The notes under the pieces are model-generated. The model was not told the DNA's origin and ran no database searches. It saw only the letters and a program-made list of their open reading frames with translations. The position numbers and the translations under genes are program-made. From positions 56,279 through 120,278 of the forward strand of contig NW_003314436.1 in assembly GCF_000143415.4 (NCBI RefSeq): a stretch of DNA of 64,000 bases. The letters run 5' to 3'. Below are positions 63,601 to 64,000 of the stretch, piece by piece. Source of the stretch: Selaginella moellendorffii. Lineage: Eukaryota; Plantae; Lycopodiophyta. Position 1 is the first letter of the stretch, and each line of letters begins with the position of its first letter.

Positions 63601-64000
63601 AACACTCTTCTTCAATCACCTTCAAGATACAATGTGAAGCTAAAACACTAACAAGAAAAATGACATGGAAAATCAAGCTTTAAGGAAACTTCCTCATCAC
63701 TTAAAATAATAATGCCACTTCCACTAACACAAGTGCTAGTAATGTCAATGCTTCAACCTCACACCTTCTCTATCCAACAATCTACTCCAAGTGTTAACGG
63801 ATCAACTAATGAGCTATAGCAAATGAATGCTACAACCCTTTCTAACACCTTATGGGCAAACCCTCAAGGAAATAAGGAACCAACTTAAGCTTAGCATAAT
63901 GAATCACCATTGAGAATCCAGTCAAAGCTACTACAATGCTACTTCGTGCAAGTAGACTAGCTTCACTATCAACCACTTTGGGGTTGATCATTATAACCAA
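60700..64000. other. Strongly strand-skewed (A/C-rich on +) decayed sequence, probably TE internal region
   Basis: No intact ORF; compositional skew; lies next to the LTR nest. Confidence 0.35.

Overview
Gene-dense land-plant nuclear DNA. Tiny 45-70 nt introns, SS-type PPR repeats and GC-rich genes in AT-rich spacers suggest a lycophyte such as Selaginella (inference). In order: a hAT remnant; a Crinkler-like REase-kinase ORF; an orphan membrane protein divergent from uracil-DNA glycosylase; a decayed LINE with nested inserts; an intronless fungal-type secreted FAD oxidase; a PLS-E PPR; an atypical Barwin/PR-4; a PB1 protein; three HPCA1/CARD1-like LRR-VIII-1 receptor kinases; a TIR element; a TBL O-acetyltransferase; an organellar basic protein; an EngB GTPase; WDR83; and a nest of LTR retroelements. 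The main finding is the Ty3/Gypsy chromovirus at 51467-58632. Its integrase is interrupted by two host-sized GT-AG spliceosomal introns (56165-56211, 56630-56681), and removing them exactly restores the reading frame and the HPQTDGQTER and KLxxRFxGPY motifs. It also has a candidate third intron at the gag/protease junction that would yield Gag-only protein, and a densely hairpinned 3' UTR. Together these point to a splicing-gated LTR retrotransposon. All identifications come from reading motifs by eye; no searches were run.
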